From: an uncultured Gammaproteobacteria bacterium
Lineage (GTDB): Bacteria; Pseudomonadota; Gammaproteobacteria; HK1
Length of the DNA: 64,000 nt
Assembly: GCA_958295835.1 (NCBI GenBank)
Contig: OY282378.1
Location: forward strand, 2,627,694 to 2,691,693
Direction of reading: 5' to 3'
The translations under genes and the position numbers were made by a program. The notes under the pieces are model-generated. The model saw only the letters and a list, made by a program, of their open reading frames with translations, did no database searches and was not told where the DNA came from. Positions within the stretch are counted from its first letter, which is position 1; every line of letters begins with the position of its first letter. Positions 53,317 through 64,000 of this stretch are shown here, piece after piece.

Positions 53317-53942
53317 GACCGGGCAGGGATGCCGTCGATGAGAACGCGGTCACCCTCCATCCTGATCCGCCGTTGCGCGAACCAGAGGAGGGCGCGCGGC
53401 AGGATGACGTGCTCGCGCTCCAGCACCCTCGCCGCGAGGGTGTCGGGGTCGTCCCCGGCGAGAACCGGGACCCGGGCCTGGGCGATGATCGGACCGCGGT
53501 CGAGCTTTCCGGTCACGAAGTGGACCGTCGCTCCATGGACGCCGGCGCCCGCGGCGATCGCTCGCGCATGGGTGTCCGGTCCGGGAAACGCGGGCAGCAG
53601 GGACGGGTGGATGTTGATGAGCCGGCCCGCGTAACGCCGCACGAACCCCGGGGTGAGGATGCGCATGAAGCCGGCGAGCACCACGAGCTGCGGATCGAAT
53701 CGATCGATCGTTTCGGCGAGCGCCGCGTCGAACCGATCGCGGGCCGGGAAGTCGCGATGATGCACGATCGCCACTTCGTATCCGGCCTCTTGCGCCAGCG
53801 CGATGCCGGGTGCGCCCGGCTCGTTGCAGACCACGGCGCGGAGATCGACGGGCAGCGCGTCGCGGGCGATGGCGCGCATGATCGCCCGGAGGTTCGTGCC
53901 CCGTCCCGAGATCAGCACCACGATCCCGATCCGCGAGGTCAT
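53220..53942 (-). CDS. purN: Phosphoribosylglycinamide formyltransferase
   Basis: [32 protein letters not shown]. Confidence 0.98.
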   Translation of the reverse strand: MTSRIGIVVLISGRGTNLRAIMRAIARDALPVDLRAVVCNEPGAPGIALAQEAGYEVAIVHHRDFPARDRFDAALAETIDRFDPQLVVLAGFMRILTPGFVRRYAGRLINIHPSLLPAFPGPDTHARAIAAGAGVHGATVHFVTGKLDRGPIIAQARVPVLAGDDPDTLAARVLEREHVILPRALLWFAQRRIRMEGDRVLIDGIPARSHPEASLAGSSPDPGGPGAGAIVPPDVPTEAR

Positions 53943-54982
53943 TCGAACCTCACATCCGGCGCATCCCCACCCTCGTCGATCCGGCCCGCCACCCATGCGT
54001 GTTCGCCGTTCGCTTCGAGTGCGGCGACGAGTGCGCGGGCCGCGTCGCGCGCGGCCACGAGCAGCATTCCCACCCCGCAGTTGAAGGTGCGCCACATCTC
54101 GTCCTCGGCGACGCCCCCGGTGTCCTGGATCCAGTCGAAAACCGCGGGCCGGCGCCAGCTCGATGTGTCGATCACCGCGCGCGCTCCCGGCGGCAGGACC
54201 CGCGGCAGGTTCTCCACGATGCCGCCGCCGGTGACGTGTGCGATCGCGTGCACGTCACCGTCATGGGTGAGCGGAAGGACGCTCGCGGCGTAGATGCGGG
54301 TCGGGGCGAGGAGGGCGTCGACGAGGCGCATCCCGCCCCAGGCTCGATCGAGATCTTCGCCGCTCGCGTCGACAATGTCGCGGATCAGCGAGTAGCCGTT
54401 CGCGTGGGGGCCGCTCGATGCGACCGCCACGATCCGGTCTCCGGACGCGACCCGGGCCCCGTCGATGAGCGCTCCGCGCTCCGCGATACCGACGCAGAAG
54501 CCCGCGAGATCGTAGTCGCCGTCGGCATACATCCCCGGCATCTCGGCCGTCTCTCCCCCTACGAGCGCGGCTCCGGCGAGCGCGCACCCCCGGCCGATGC
54601 CGGCAACGACCTGTTCGGCGACGTCCACGTCGAGCCGGCCGGTGGCAAGGTAGTCGAGGAAGAACATCGGCTCCGCGCCGTGGGTGAGGATGTCGTTCAC
54701 GCACATCGCCACGAGGTCGATTCCGATGGTGTCGTGGCGATTCCGGGCGATTGCGAGCTTGATCTTGGTGCCGACGCCGTCGGTGCCGGAGACCAGCACC
54801 GGATCCCGATAGCGGTGGAGCGGCGGCTCGAACAGCGCGCCGAAGCCGCCAGGCCCGGCGACGACCCCCTCACGAGGGGTGTTGTCCGCGATTCCGCGGA
54901 TGCGCGCCACCAGATCCCGGCCGCGATCGACGTCGACGCCGGCGTCTCGGTAGCTCAGGCGTTTACGGTGCGACCGGCTCAT
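53939..54982 (-). CDS. purM: AIR synthetase
   Basis: [30 protein letters not shown]. Confidence 0.99.
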   Translation of the reverse strand: MSRSHRKRLSYRDAGVDVDRGRDLVARIRGIADNTPREGVVAGPGGFGALFEPPLHRYRDPVLVSGTDGVGTKIKLAIARNRHDTIGIDLVAMCVNDILTHGAEPMFFLDYLATGRLDVDVAEQVVAGIGRGCALAGAALVGGETAEMPGMYADGDYDLAGFCVGIAERGALIDGARVASGDRIVAVASSGPHANGYSLIRDIVDASGEDLDRAWGGMRLVDALLAPTRIYAASVLPLTHDGDVHAIAHVTGGGIVENLPRVLPPGARAVIDTSSWRRPAVFDWIQDTGGVAEDEMWRTFNCGVGMLLVAARDAARALVAALEANGEHAWVAGRIDEGGDAPDVRFE

Positions 54983-55045
54983 TGGATCCGCGATGGTACT
55001 GGATTCATCGGCCGCCGCGGATTCGCTCGCGGGTTGGAAGAGAGA

Positions 55046-55167
55046 CAGCAATTCCCGCCAACCCGGAAAGCATCCGTGAAATCGCCGCGACTCGACGCTC
55101 GAACTGTCGGAGTATCCCCGAAATCAAGCTGGGGAACCCTGCTTCGGAGGGTTAGCGGGAATTGCTG
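55046..55167. mobile_element. 122-bp MITE
   Basis: 19-bp terminal inverted repeats with 1 mismatch, flanked by 9-bp direct repeat GAAGAGAGA/GAAGAGAGG. Confidence 0.8.
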
Positions 55168-55265
55168 GAAGAGAGGCGCCCGACTTGACTTGTCATCGAC
55201 GCTTCCAATAGCGTCGAATCTCGATCCCGCGCGGTTCGTGCGGCCGTATTCCTCGAGCGAACGAG

Positions 55266-56345
55266 ATGATTTCCGCGGTGTCCCGTACTTCACTCCCGAG
55301 CGTCCGGGTGCTCGTGATGCTGTCCGTGTTCATCGCATCGGTGAGCGGGCCGGCGTCGCGTGCGGAGGTCGCTCTCTACGAGGCCGAAGTGAGGTGGTCC
55401 GACCAGGACGCGGCGGATCGCGCCGACGCGTTCCGCCAGGCGTTGCGCCAGGTGCTCGTCAAGGTCACGGGCCTGCGCCGGTTCGCGGATACGGCGCGGA
55501 TCGAGACCCTGGTCGAGAACGCGCAAGGGCTCGTGCAGCAGTACCAGTTGCGCACGGTGACGGTGGGGCACGGCGAAACGAGCGTGCAGGAGCCGCGCTT
55601 GTGGGCCCGGTTCGACGAGGGCGCCGTCGATCGTCTCGTGCGGGAGGCGGGGTTGCCGGAGTGGGGCAGGACTCGCCCGTCGGTATTGGCCTGGATCGCG
55701 GCCGACAACGACGGGACGCTGCTGATGGTCGGCTCGGAGGGTACCGAGGGGCTCGCGGAGATTCTCCGGCGCGGCGCGGCATCGCGAGGTGTGTCGCTGG
55801 CCCTGCCGTTGCTGGATCTCGAAGACCGCGCGCTGGCCGGGTCGCCGGAGCTCTGGGTGGAGGCGGATGAGCGGATTCGGGCCGCTTCCGAACGTTACCA
55901 ACCTGGAAGCATCCTGATCGGCCGGATCGACCGCGGTGTGCTGTGGGAGGCGCGGTGGTCACTACTGCTTCCCGGCGCCGCGCAGCGGTGGAAGACCGAG
56001 GGAGACGTATTCGACCTTGTCCTCGACGATGGCGTCCAGGAAGCGATCGACGCGCTCGCCGCCCACTACGCGAGCGACGTGCCCGAGACGGAGGGGGCGG
56101 CGATCGTGGTGTCGGTGAGCGGTGTGCACGACTTCATGGGATACGCGCGTACGATGCGATATCTGGAATCACTGGACGAGGTCGAATCCGTCGACGTGCT
56201 CGCGGTCGTCTCGGGGCGTTTGCGTCTGGGATTGAAGCTGCGCACGGACGTGGCGGGGCTGCGTGGGCTGGTCGCCCTGGGGGCGACGCTGATCGAGGAC
56301 GCCGGCGACGTGGACGGGGCTCTTGCGCTGCGGCTGCTGCCGTGA
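55266..56345 (+). CDS. DUF2066-like periplasmic protein
   Basis: Signal peptide, LYEAEV...AL.QVLVKVTG, W...RP.VL.W, LPLLDL.D; usual purM-divergent position before hda. Confidence 0.8.
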   Translation: MISAVSRTSLPSVRVLVMLSVFIASVSGPASRAEVALYEAEVRWSDQDAADRADAFRQALRQVLVKVTGLRRFADTARIETLVENAQGLVQQYQLRTVTVGHGETSVQEPRLWARFDEGAVDRLVREAGLPEWGRTRPSVLAWIAADNDGTLLMVGSEGTEGLAEILRRGAASRGVSLALPLLDLEDRALAGSPELWVEADERIRAASERYQPGSILIGRIDRGVLWEARWSLLLPGAAQRWKTEGDVFDLVLDDGVQEAIDALAAHYASDVPETEGAAIVVSVSGVHDFMGYARTMRYLESLDEVESVDVLAVVSGRLRLGLKLRTDVAGLRGLVALGATLIEDAGDVDGALALRLLP

Positions 56346-57094
56346 CTCGCCGCGATGACCGATCGCCGCGCGGCGACAGGACGGTAGCCGCGGATGCCGC
56401 CGCCCAGCTTCCTCTGCGGCTTGCGCTGTCGAGCGGGCGGCGATTCGAGAACTTCGAGGTGACATCGGCCAACGCGGAGCTCGTGGACGCGGTCCGGCGG
56501 GTTGCCGCCGAGCAGACCCCGGAGCGGGTGTTGATCGTGGGCGACGCCGGCTCGGGGAAATCCCATCTGCTCGAGGCGGCGAGCGAGGCGGCAAGCGCCG
56601 GCGGTGACGCGGTGGCATTCGTGCCGATGCGTGAATGGCGCTCGCAGCATGTCGATGCGGTCCGCGGACTCGGCCAGGACGGGCTCCTGTGCGTGGACGA
56701 CATCGACGCGGCGGCCGGTGACCGCGGGTGGGAGGAGGCGTTGCTCGCGCTTGTCGAGGCGTCGGCCTCCCGGCAGACCCGCCTGCTCGCCAGCGCCGGC
56801 GCTTCGCCTTCGAACATCTCGTTCGTGCTTGCCGATCTGCGGTCCAGACTGAGCGCGGCGACGCTGTACCGCCTGCGCGAGCTCGACGACGAGAGCCGGG
56901 CGAGAGCGCTACGCCGGCACGCGAGCGGGCGCGGCCTCGATATTTCGGACGACGTCGTCGGCTATGTTCTCACACGCTGTCGGAGGGACATGCCGAGCCT
57001 GGTCGCCTTGCTCGACCGGCTCGACCATTGCTCGATGGCGTACCAGCGCCGACTCACCGTGCCTCTCGTGCGGGGCCTCATCGAGACGGACTGA
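56342..57094 (+). CDS. hda: DnaA regulatory inactivator Hda
   Basis: Clamp-binding QLPL, FENF, GSGKSHLL, DLRSRL, RRLTVP; GTGA overlap with upstream gene. Confidence 0.95.
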   Translation: MTRRDDRSPRGDRTVAADAAAQLPLRLALSSGRRFENFEVTSANAELVDAVRRVAAEQTPERVLIVGDAGSGKSHLLEAASEAASAGGDAVAFVPMREWRSQHVDAVRGLGQDGLLCVDDIDAAAGDRGWEEALLALVEASASRQTRLLASAGASPSNISFVLADLRSRLSAATLYRLRELDDESRARALRRHASGRGLDISDDVVGYVLTRCRRDMPSLVALLDRLDHCSMAYQRRLTVPLVRGLIETD

Positions 57095-57260
57095 GCGCCG
57101 GCCGGTCCCGGCGCGGTCGATCGAATCCATCCATCGATTCGCTGTCCGGCCCGCATTTCTCACCAGCTCACGGCTGCGGACGCGGATCCGACGGTATCGC
57201 CTGCGTTCATTGCGGCTTGTGGATCGAACGTCCGCGGTCGCGGGACCGGCGACAGGACCC

Positions 57261-57884
<624 letters not shown>

Positions 57885-57953
57885 TCACACTCCATCGACC
57901 CGGCACCGAACGAAGCGCCGGCCCGGTCCGGGATCATCACGCAACCGCTGCTG

Positions 57954-59657
57954 CTACGGCACGAGCGCCCGAACATGATCCACGATCGCGTCGATCGCGA
58001 CATCGATGCTCTCGGCATCGCGCCGATGCCGGTACTCCACGGTGCCCGCGTCGAGGCCGCGGTCCCCGATGACGATCCGGTGAGGAATGCCGATCAGCTC
58101 CGCGTCGGCGAACATCACCCCGGGCCGGACCTGCCGGTCGTCGAACAGCACCTCGAGGCCGGCGCCGGTCAGCTCCGCGTAGAGCTTCTCCGCCGCCTCG
58201 CGCAGCCGCACCGACTTGTGCATGTTCATCGGCAGCAGGACGGCATGAAACGGCGCGATCGCCACCGGCCACACGATCCCCTTCTCGTCGTGGTTCTGCT
58301 CGATCGCGGCGGCGACGACCCGGGTAATCCCGATCCCGTAGCAGCCCATGACCAGCCTGGTCGCGCGCCCCGCTTGGTCGAGGATGACGGCGCCCATCGA
58401 TTCGCTGTACTTGTCGCCGAGCTGGAAGATGTGCCCGACCTCGATCCCGCGGCGGATCGTGATCGGTCCGGACCCGTCCGGGCTCGGATCGCCGTCCACC
58501 GCGTTGCGGAGATCGGCGATGGCCGGCTCGGGCGTATCGCGGCCCCAGCTCACGCCGGCCAGGTGCTCGCCCTCCCGGTTGGCGCCGCACGTGAAGTCCG
58601 CGAGGACCGCGGCCGTGGCGTCGGCGACGACCGGCAGGTCCGCGCCCACCGGTCCCAGCGATCCGGGGTCGCATCCCATGACCTCCTTCACACGCTCGGG
58701 CCGGGCGAAGGTGAGCGGAGCGAGTACACCGTCGAGCCGCGCCGCCTTGACCGCGTTGAGCTCGTGGTCGCCGCGCAGGACGAGGGCGACGAGGCCGCTG
58801 TCTTCGCCTTCGACGAGCAACGTCTTGACGCAGCGCTGCACGGGAATGCCGAGCGACCCGGCGAGGTCCGCGATGGTGTGGATCCCGGGGGTGTCGACCA
58901 CGGTGAGCGTCTCGCGCGGCTCGGGACGTGCCCCGTCCGGCGCCGGGCACGGGACCATCTCCACGTTCGCGGCAAAGCCACCGGCCGAGAACGCGATGGC
59001 GTCTTCGCCGTAATCGGCGAGGACGTGGAACTCCTGTGACTTGCTGCCGCCGATGGCCCCGGAATCGGCATCGACCACGCGGTAGTCGAGCCCGAGCCGC
59101 TCGAACGTGCGGCAGTAGGCGTCGTGCATCGCGAGGTACGAACGTTCGAGCCCCTCGGCGCCGAGGTCGAACGAATAGGCGTCCTTCATGATGAACTCGC
59201 GCGCACGCATCACCCCGAAGCGTGGGCGGATCTCGTCGCGGAACTTCGTCTGGATCTGATAGAGGTTGATTGGCAGTTGCCGGTAGCTGCGTACCTCGCG
59301 CCGGGCGATGTCGGTAATGACTTCCTCATGGGTCGGGCCGACGCAGAAATCGCGTTCGTGCCGGTCTTTCAGGCGCAGCAGCTCCGGACCGAAGTTGCTC
59401 CATCGCCCGGACTCCTCCCAGAGCTCGGCCGGCTGGACGGCGGGCATCAGGACTTCCTGGGCGCCGGCCGCGTTCATCTCCTCGCGAACGATGGCTTCGA
59501 CCTTTCGGAGCACCCGCATGCCGAGCGGCAGCCACGTGTAGAGACCCGACGCGAGCAGGCGAACCAGACCGGCCCTGAGCATGAGCCGATGACTGACGAT
59601 CTCGGCCTCCGCCGGCGTTTCCCGCATCGTTGCGAGAAGCGTCTGCGTGCATCGCAT
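57954..59657 (-). CDS. proS: Prolyl-tRNA synthetase with INS editing domain
   Basis: [39 protein letters not shown]. Confidence 0.99.
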   Translation of the reverse strand: MRCTQTLLATMRETPAEAEIVSHRLMLRAGLVRLLASGLYTWLPLGMRVLRKVEAIVREEMNAAGAQEVLMPAVQPAELWEESGRWSNFGPELLRLKDRHERDFCVGPTHEEVITDIARREVRSYRQLPINLYQIQTKFRDEIRPRFGVMRAREFIMKDAYSFDLGAEGLERSYLAMHDAYCRTFERLGLDYRVVDADSGAIGGSKSQEFHVLADYGEDAIAFSAGGFAANVEMVPCPAPDGARPEPRETLTVVDTPGIHTIADLAGSLGIPVQRCVKTLLVEGEDSGLVALVLRGDHELNAVKAARLDGVLAPLTFARPERVKEVMGCDPGSLGPVGADLPVVADATAAVLADFTCGANREGEHLAGVSWGRDTPEPAIADLRNAVDGDPSPDGSGPITIRRGIEVGHIFQLGDKYSESMGAVILDQAGRATRLVMGCYGIGITRVVAAAIEQNHDEKGIVWPVAIAPFHAVLLPMNMHKSVRLREAAEKLYAELTGAGLEVLFDDRQVRPGVMFADAELIGIPHRIVIGDRGLDAGTVEYRHRRDAESIDVAIDAIVDHVRALVP

Positions 59658-59899
59658 TGGAGTGACTCCTCGGGACAGTGACCGGACGAGCTTCATGCGG
59701 GCGGCCCGCGTGGGCGACCCACGACGAATCATCGAACAACGCGGTTCGTGCCGCCGCCGGCTATCGTAGTGGCTGCATCCGCGGGGCGCTACCTCCGGAG
59801 CTGTCCAACGCCATATGAGCATGAACCGGTATGCCCGGAGCATCTCCGATGCGAGCACCGCAGAAGCCGGGTGCACCGTCCACGCGGTGCCGCGCGCGG

Positions 59900-59927
59900 T
59901 CGACAACGGACATGGCCGCGCTATGAT
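59900..59927 (+). promoter_or_regulatory. Candidate sigma70 promoter for bcp
   Basis: TCGACA-16 bp-TATGAT, about 60 nt before the start codon. Confidence 0.4.
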
Positions 59928-59989
59928 TGCGTGCGCCGCGGCCGACGGCGCCGTGACGCTCGAACAGACGAAGAGACAAGGAGGAAACG

Positions 59990-60436
59990 ATGCCGCTGCT
60001 CACCGAAGGCAGTCCCGCGCCGGCCTTCTCGGCGCCCAATCAGGACGGCACGCCCACGACACTCGATCAGTTCGCGGGCAAATGGCTCGTCCTGTGGTGG
60101 TATCCGAAAGCCGACACACCGGGCTGAACCAGGGAAGGCCAAGGGTTCCGTGATCGATCCCATGACTTCCAGGCGAAGAACGCCGTGATCCTGGGCGCAA
60201 GCTTCGACTCTCCGGAGGAGAACAAGGCGTTCAAGGACAAGTTCAACTTTCCCTACGACCTGCTGTGCGACACCGGCAGAACCATGGGTCTCGCCTATGG
60301 CGCGGCCGGCGACGCGGGCGCATCGCATCCCGCGCGCATCAGCTACCTGATCGACCCGGACGGGAAGATCGCGAAGGTCTACGGAAAGGTGGCCCCCGCC
60401 GAGCACCCCGACGAGATCCTTCGAGACCTCGGCTGA
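59990..60436 (+). CDS. bcp: BCP/PrxQ peroxiredoxin, probable selenoprotein (UGA at codon 46)
   Basis: AAGGAGG ribosome-binding site; [13 protein letters not shown]...[18 protein letters not shown]...[10 protein letters not shown]; frame continues in phase after TGA 60125-60127. Confidence 0.88.
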
Positions 60437-60452
60437 AGCCCGAAGCCATGCA

Positions 60453-60480
60453 GGACGCGACCGCTGGCGCGGTCGCGTCC
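60453..60480. terminator. Strong hairpin between convergent bcp and ABC binding-protein gene
   Basis: Perfect 12-bp stem GGACGCGACCGC-TGGC-GCGGTCGCGTCC. Confidence 0.6.
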
Positions 60481-60510
60481 GTGCCCAACGCGCCACGGGG
60501 TTCCGGCGGC

Positions 60511-62235
60511 CTACCGGTGCCAGTCGCCCACGTTCCAGAGTCCCGAATCCCACGGATTCTGCCGGACCCCCTTGAGGGTGTTCGCGTACGCGATCACCGA
60601 GCCGCGCCAGATGAGCGGGATCATGTAGTGGTTCTGAACGATGATGTCGTTCATCCGCTTGGCGAGCTTCGCCCGCTCCTCCAGGACCGCGGTCTGCGAC
60701 ATCTGCGCGACCAGGGCGTCGTACTCCGCCACGCATTGCCGCTGGATGTTGTTGCCGAGCCACTGGTTCTCCGGGCCGGGGATCTCCGAGCAGGCCCAGT
60801 TGGCCATGTAGGACTCGGGGTCCGTGCCGTCGAAGTTGTTGGTGTACATCTGGATGTCGGCGTAGAACTTGTTGTAGGTGTCCGGGCTCGCCGGGTCGCC
60901 GCCGAAGAACACCGCCGCGTCGATGTTGCGCAGCTCCGTCTCCACCCCGATCTGCTCCCACATCTGCTTGACCAGCGCCTGCGTCCCCTGGCGCACGGAG
61001 TTGGTCGAGGTCTGGTAGAGGATCGAGATGCGTACCCCGTCCTTCGCCCGGACGCCGTCGTCGCCGCGCATCCAGCCGGCCTCGTCGAGGATGCGGTTCG
61101 CCTCGTCGACGTTCTGCGTCAGGCATTCTTCGTTGGCGGTCGATCGGTACACCTCCGGCGCGGGCAGGATGTTGCAGGAGGGCTGGCCGGCTGCACCGTA
61201 GCCCGCGTCGACCAGGATCTGGCGGTCGATGGCGAGCGAGAGGGCGCGGCGCACCGCTGGATCCGAGAGGAAGGGATGCGGATTGGCGCCGTCGAGGTGG
61301 AGCGAGCGCTTGTCCGGTCCGAGGCCCGGGTCGTCGTTGGTCTGGTTGACGATCAGGCGCTCCACCCAGGTGCCGAAGGCGGTGCTGGCCTTGCCCTTGC
61401 CGGCGGCGACCATCTGCGCGAGCACCTCCGGCTCCACCTGGAGATTCCAGGCGTAGTCGAACTCGCCGGTCTCCAGCACCGCGCGCGCCGCGGAGGCGGC
61501 GTCGCCACCGCCCTTGAAGGTGGCGGTCGCGAACGCGGGCTTGTCGGCCTCGCGGTAGCGCTCGTTGGCGGAGAAGGTGATCACGTCGTTGGCGCGGAAC
61601 TCATCGACCTTGAAGGGGCCGGTGCCGATGGGGCCGAAGTTCTGCTCGGTGCATTCCTGGGCCCTGGCTCCCATGCAGTCCGCGAACTGGGCCTTCTGGA
61701 TGATCGGCGAGGTCGATCCGACGAAGGGTCCGTAGGGGAAGGGCTTCGCGACCCCGAAGCTGATCTTCACGGTGTGGTCATCGAGCGCCTCGAACCCGGT
61801 CACGTCCGTGAAGTAGGAGGCGGCGTTGCAGCCCGCGTCCGGGTGGAGGCAGTACTCGCCGGAGAACACCACGTCGTGGGCGGTGAGCGGGGTGCCGTCG
61901 GACCACTGGACGTCCTTCCTGATCCTGTAGGTGATGGAGCGCAGGTCCGAGGCCACGCCGCCGTTCTCCACCGTGGGGATCTCCTCGACGAGCACCGGCA
62001 CCATGTTGCCGTTCTCGTCGTAGTGGACGAGTGGATCCAGCACCATCGAGCCCGCCTCGATGTCCTTGGTGCCGCCGGAGAGGTAGGGATTGACGGTCGA
62101 GGCCGCCTGCCAGTAGAGGATGTTGAGGTGCCCGGCGCTGCCGCGCTGGGCGTTCGCGGTGGCCGGCGCCAGCGCCGTCGCCAGTGCGCAGGCGGCGGCC
62201 GTGGCCGCCGTCGCCTTGATGGTCTTTCCGAACAT
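60511..62235 (-). CDS. Family 5 (peptide/nickel) ABC substrate-binding protein
   Basis: Signal peptide; WSDGTPLTAHDVVFS, PIGTGPF, VRRALSLAIDR. Confidence 0.93.
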   Translation of the reverse strand: MFGKTIKATAATAAACALATALAPATANAQRGSAGHLNILYWQAASTVNPYLSGGTKDIEAGSMVLDPLVHYDENGNMVPVLVEEIPTVENGGVASDLRSITYRIRKDVQWSDGTPLTAHDVVFSGEYCLHPDAGCNAASYFTDVTGFEALDDHTVKISFGVAKPFPYGPFVGSTSPIIQKAQFADCMGARAQECTEQNFGPIGTGPFKVDEFRANDVITFSANERYREADKPAFATATFKGGGDAASAARAVLETGEFDYAWNLQVEPEVLAQMVAAGKGKASTAFGTWVERLIVNQTNDDPGLGPDKRSLHLDGANPHPFLSDPAVRRALSLAIDRQILVDAGYGAAGQPSCNILPAPEVYRSTANEECLTQNVDEANRILDEAGWMRGDDGVRAKDGVRISILYQTSTNSVRQGTQALVKQMWEQIGVETELRNIDAAVFFGGDPASPDTYNKFYADIQMYTNNFDGTDPESYMANWACSEIPGPENQWLGNNIQRQCVAEYDALVAQMSQTAVLEERAKLAKRMNDIIVQNHYMIPLIWRGSVIAYANTLKGVRQNPWDSGLWNVGDWHR

Positions 62236-62370
62236 GGCCGTGGTTCCTCTTTGTGGGGGAGATCGAGTCGGCGGGAGCAGGCGGACGCCTCGCCCCGCCC
62301 GATGCGTATCCTACCGCCACTTGCTTCGGGATGTGGCGGGCGGTGTGGCGTGCCCGGCATCCACGTGCCT

Positions 62371-63393
62371 CTACTCCGCGAAGTGGCAGGCCGCCCAATG
62401 GCCGGGACGCAGCTCCCGCCACTCGGGCTCGCGCTGCGAGCATTCCGGGGCGGCCACCGGGCAGCGGGTGCTGAAGCGGCAGCCGGGCGGCGGGTCCGCG
62501 GGGCTCGGCACGTCTCCGCTCAGGATGATGCGTTCGCGGTGCGCCTCGCGCTCGGGGTCGTGGATCGGTACCGCCGAGAGCAGCGCCCGGGTGTAGGGAT
62601 GAAGGGGCTCGCGGTAGAGCGCATTGCTCGACGCAAGCTCGACGATCTTGCCGAGGTACATTACCGCCACCCGATCCGCGATGTGGCGGATCATGCCGAG
62701 ATCGTGCGAAATGAAGAGGTAGGTGAGCCCGAGACGCTCCTGAAGGTCTTCCAGCAGGTTCACCACCTGGGCCTGGATGGACACGTCGAGGGCGGCGATC
62801 GGTTCGTCGCAGACGATGAACTCGGGGTCCAGGGCGAGGGCGCGCGCCACCCCGATGCGCTGACGCTGGCCCCCGGAGAATTCGTGCGGGTAGCGGTTGG
62901 TGAAGCCGGGGTCGAGACCCACCGATTCCAGCAGCGCCTCGACCCGCTCCCTCAGCGCCCCCGCCTTCGCCACCCCGTGTTCGAGCAGGGGCTCGCCGAG
63001 GATGCTGCCCACCGTCATGCGCGGGTTCAGGCTGTCCTGCGGGTCCTGGAAGATCATCTGCATGCGGGGGCGCAGCCGCCGCAGCGCCTCGCCTCCGAGC
63101 GAGGTGATGTCGGTGCCACGGAAGACGATGCGCCCCGCGGTGGCGTCGTGGAGGCGAAGGATCACCCGGCCCGCCGTCGACTTGCCGCAGCCGCTTTCGC
63201 CGACCAGCCCCAGCGTCTCGCGCTCGTGGATCTCGAAGTCCAGGCCGTCCACCGCCTTCACGGTGCCGACCTGACGGCGGAACACGCCCTGCATGATGGG
63301 AAAGTGCCTGGTGAGGTTCTCGACCGCGAGCAGCGGCTGCGCCCCTCGCCGACACCCACTTCGCAGGAATGGCGATGGCTGCGGGTCAGGCAT
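62371..63393 (-). CDS. Peptide ABC ATPase (OppF/DppF-like)
   Basis: [27 protein letters not shown]-terminal GC.F..RCP. Confidence 0.95.
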   Translation of the reverse strand: MPDPQPSPFLRSGCRRGAQPLLAVENLTRHFPIMQGVFRRQVGTVKAVDGLDFEIHERETLGLVGESGCGKSTAGRVILRLHDATAGRIVFRGTDITSLGGEALRRLRPRMQMIFQDPQDSLNPRMTVGSILGEPLLEHGVAKAGALRERVEALLESVGLDPGFTNRYPHEFSGGQRQRIGVARALALDPEFIVCDEPIAALDVSIQAQVVNLLEDLQERLGLTYLFISHDLGMIRHIADRVAVMYLGKIVELASSNALYREPLHPYTRALLSAVPIHDPEREAHRERIILSGDVPSPADPPPGCRFSTRCPVAAPECSQREPEWRELRPGHWAACHFAE

Positions 63394-64000
63394 GACGTTC
63401 AGCGCCCGTCTCGAGCCAGCAGGCCACTTCGTGCCCCTCCGCGACTCTTTCCAGCAAGGGATTCTCGCGCCGGCAGCGCTCGAACGCATGGCCGCAGCGC
63501 GGCGCGAACGGGCACGCGGAGGGAGGCCGGGTCAGGTTCGGCGGTTGTCCGGGGATGCTCTCCAGGCGCTCCGCCCGAGTACCGTCGAGCCTCGGCAGGG
63601 TGCTGAGCAGGCCGCGGGTGTATGGATGCCGGGGGTGCTTGTAGAGCGCCCCGACACTGGCGCGCTCGACCACCAGTCCACCGTACATCACCATGATCCG
63701 GTCCGCGAGGCCGGCCATCACCCCGAGGTCATGCGTTATCCAGACGATCGCCATGCCCGACTCACGCCTGAGCCTCTTCACGAGGTCCAGGATCTGGGCC
63801 TGGATGGTGACGTCGAGGGCGGTGGTCGGCTCGTCCGCGATCAGCACCTTCGGGTTGCAGGCGAGCGCGATGGCGATCATCACCCGCTGGCGCATCCCGC
63901 CCGAGAACTGGTGCGGAAAGTCGCCCAGACGGTCCGCCGCGGCCGGGATGCCGACCCTTTCGAGCAGCTCGACCGCCCGCTCCTTCGCCGCCCTCCGGCC
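63386..64000 (-). CDS. Peptide ABC ATPase (OppD/DppD-like; 5' end outside window)
   Basis: [34 protein letters not shown]. Confidence 0.93.
   Translation of the reverse strand, partial: GRRAAKERAVELLERVGIPAAADRLGDFPHQFSGGMRQRVMIAIALACNPKVLIADEPTTALDVTIQAQILDLVKRLRRESGMAIVWITHDLGVMAGLADRIMVMYGGLVVERASVGALYKHPRHPYTRGLLSTLPRLDGTRAERLESIPGQPPNLTRPPSACPFAPRCGHAFERCRRENPLLERVAEGHEVACWLETGAERHA

Noticed and set aside
54983-55265. ZTP or purine riboswitch, tRNA-Sec or 6S RNA upstream of purM
   Set aside because: No recognisable consensus or cloverleaf; terminal repeats plus target duplication fit a MITE better
59658-59906. N-terminal extension of ProS or a T-box leader
   Set aside because: ProS homology starts at ATG 59657 with GGAG upstream; no T-box consensus seen
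60265-63606. 1113-aa + strand ORF
   Set aside because: Antisense shadow of the GC3-rich ABC genes; no recognisable motifs or ribosome-binding site

Overview
Housekeeping region of a GC-rich gammaproteobacterium; gatCAB and the gene order suggest a non-enterobacterial lineage. Order: rpoB (5'-truncated), rpoC, the contiguous str-S10-spc-alpha ribosomal cluster, gatCAB, mreBCD-mrdA-rodA-mltB-rlpA-dacA-lipB-nagZ, zapD-coaE-pilD-clpB-pgeF-rluD, bamD, glnB-sucDC, an orphan pilin, suhB, trmJ, purNM, DUF2066-hda, wrbA, proS, a peroxiredoxin and part of a peptide ABC operon. I found no rRNA, tRNA, CRISPR array, prophage or defence island, and no new multi-gene system. The unusual signals lie inside core genes: (1) tuf is a sharply bounded C-depleted, G/T-rich island, with 14 of 20 Ile codons being ATA; (2) a BCP peroxiredoxin has TGA at the peroxidatic Cys position, a probable selenoprotein that the ORF track splits; (3) both large RNA polymerase subunits carry large in-frame insertions; (4) a 122-bp MITE with terminal inverted repeats and a target-site duplication lies upstream of purM; (5) an orphan PilA-like pilin lacks Phe1 and Glu5, in a locus missing the other pilus genes. 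Reference comparisons are from memory; no searches were run.
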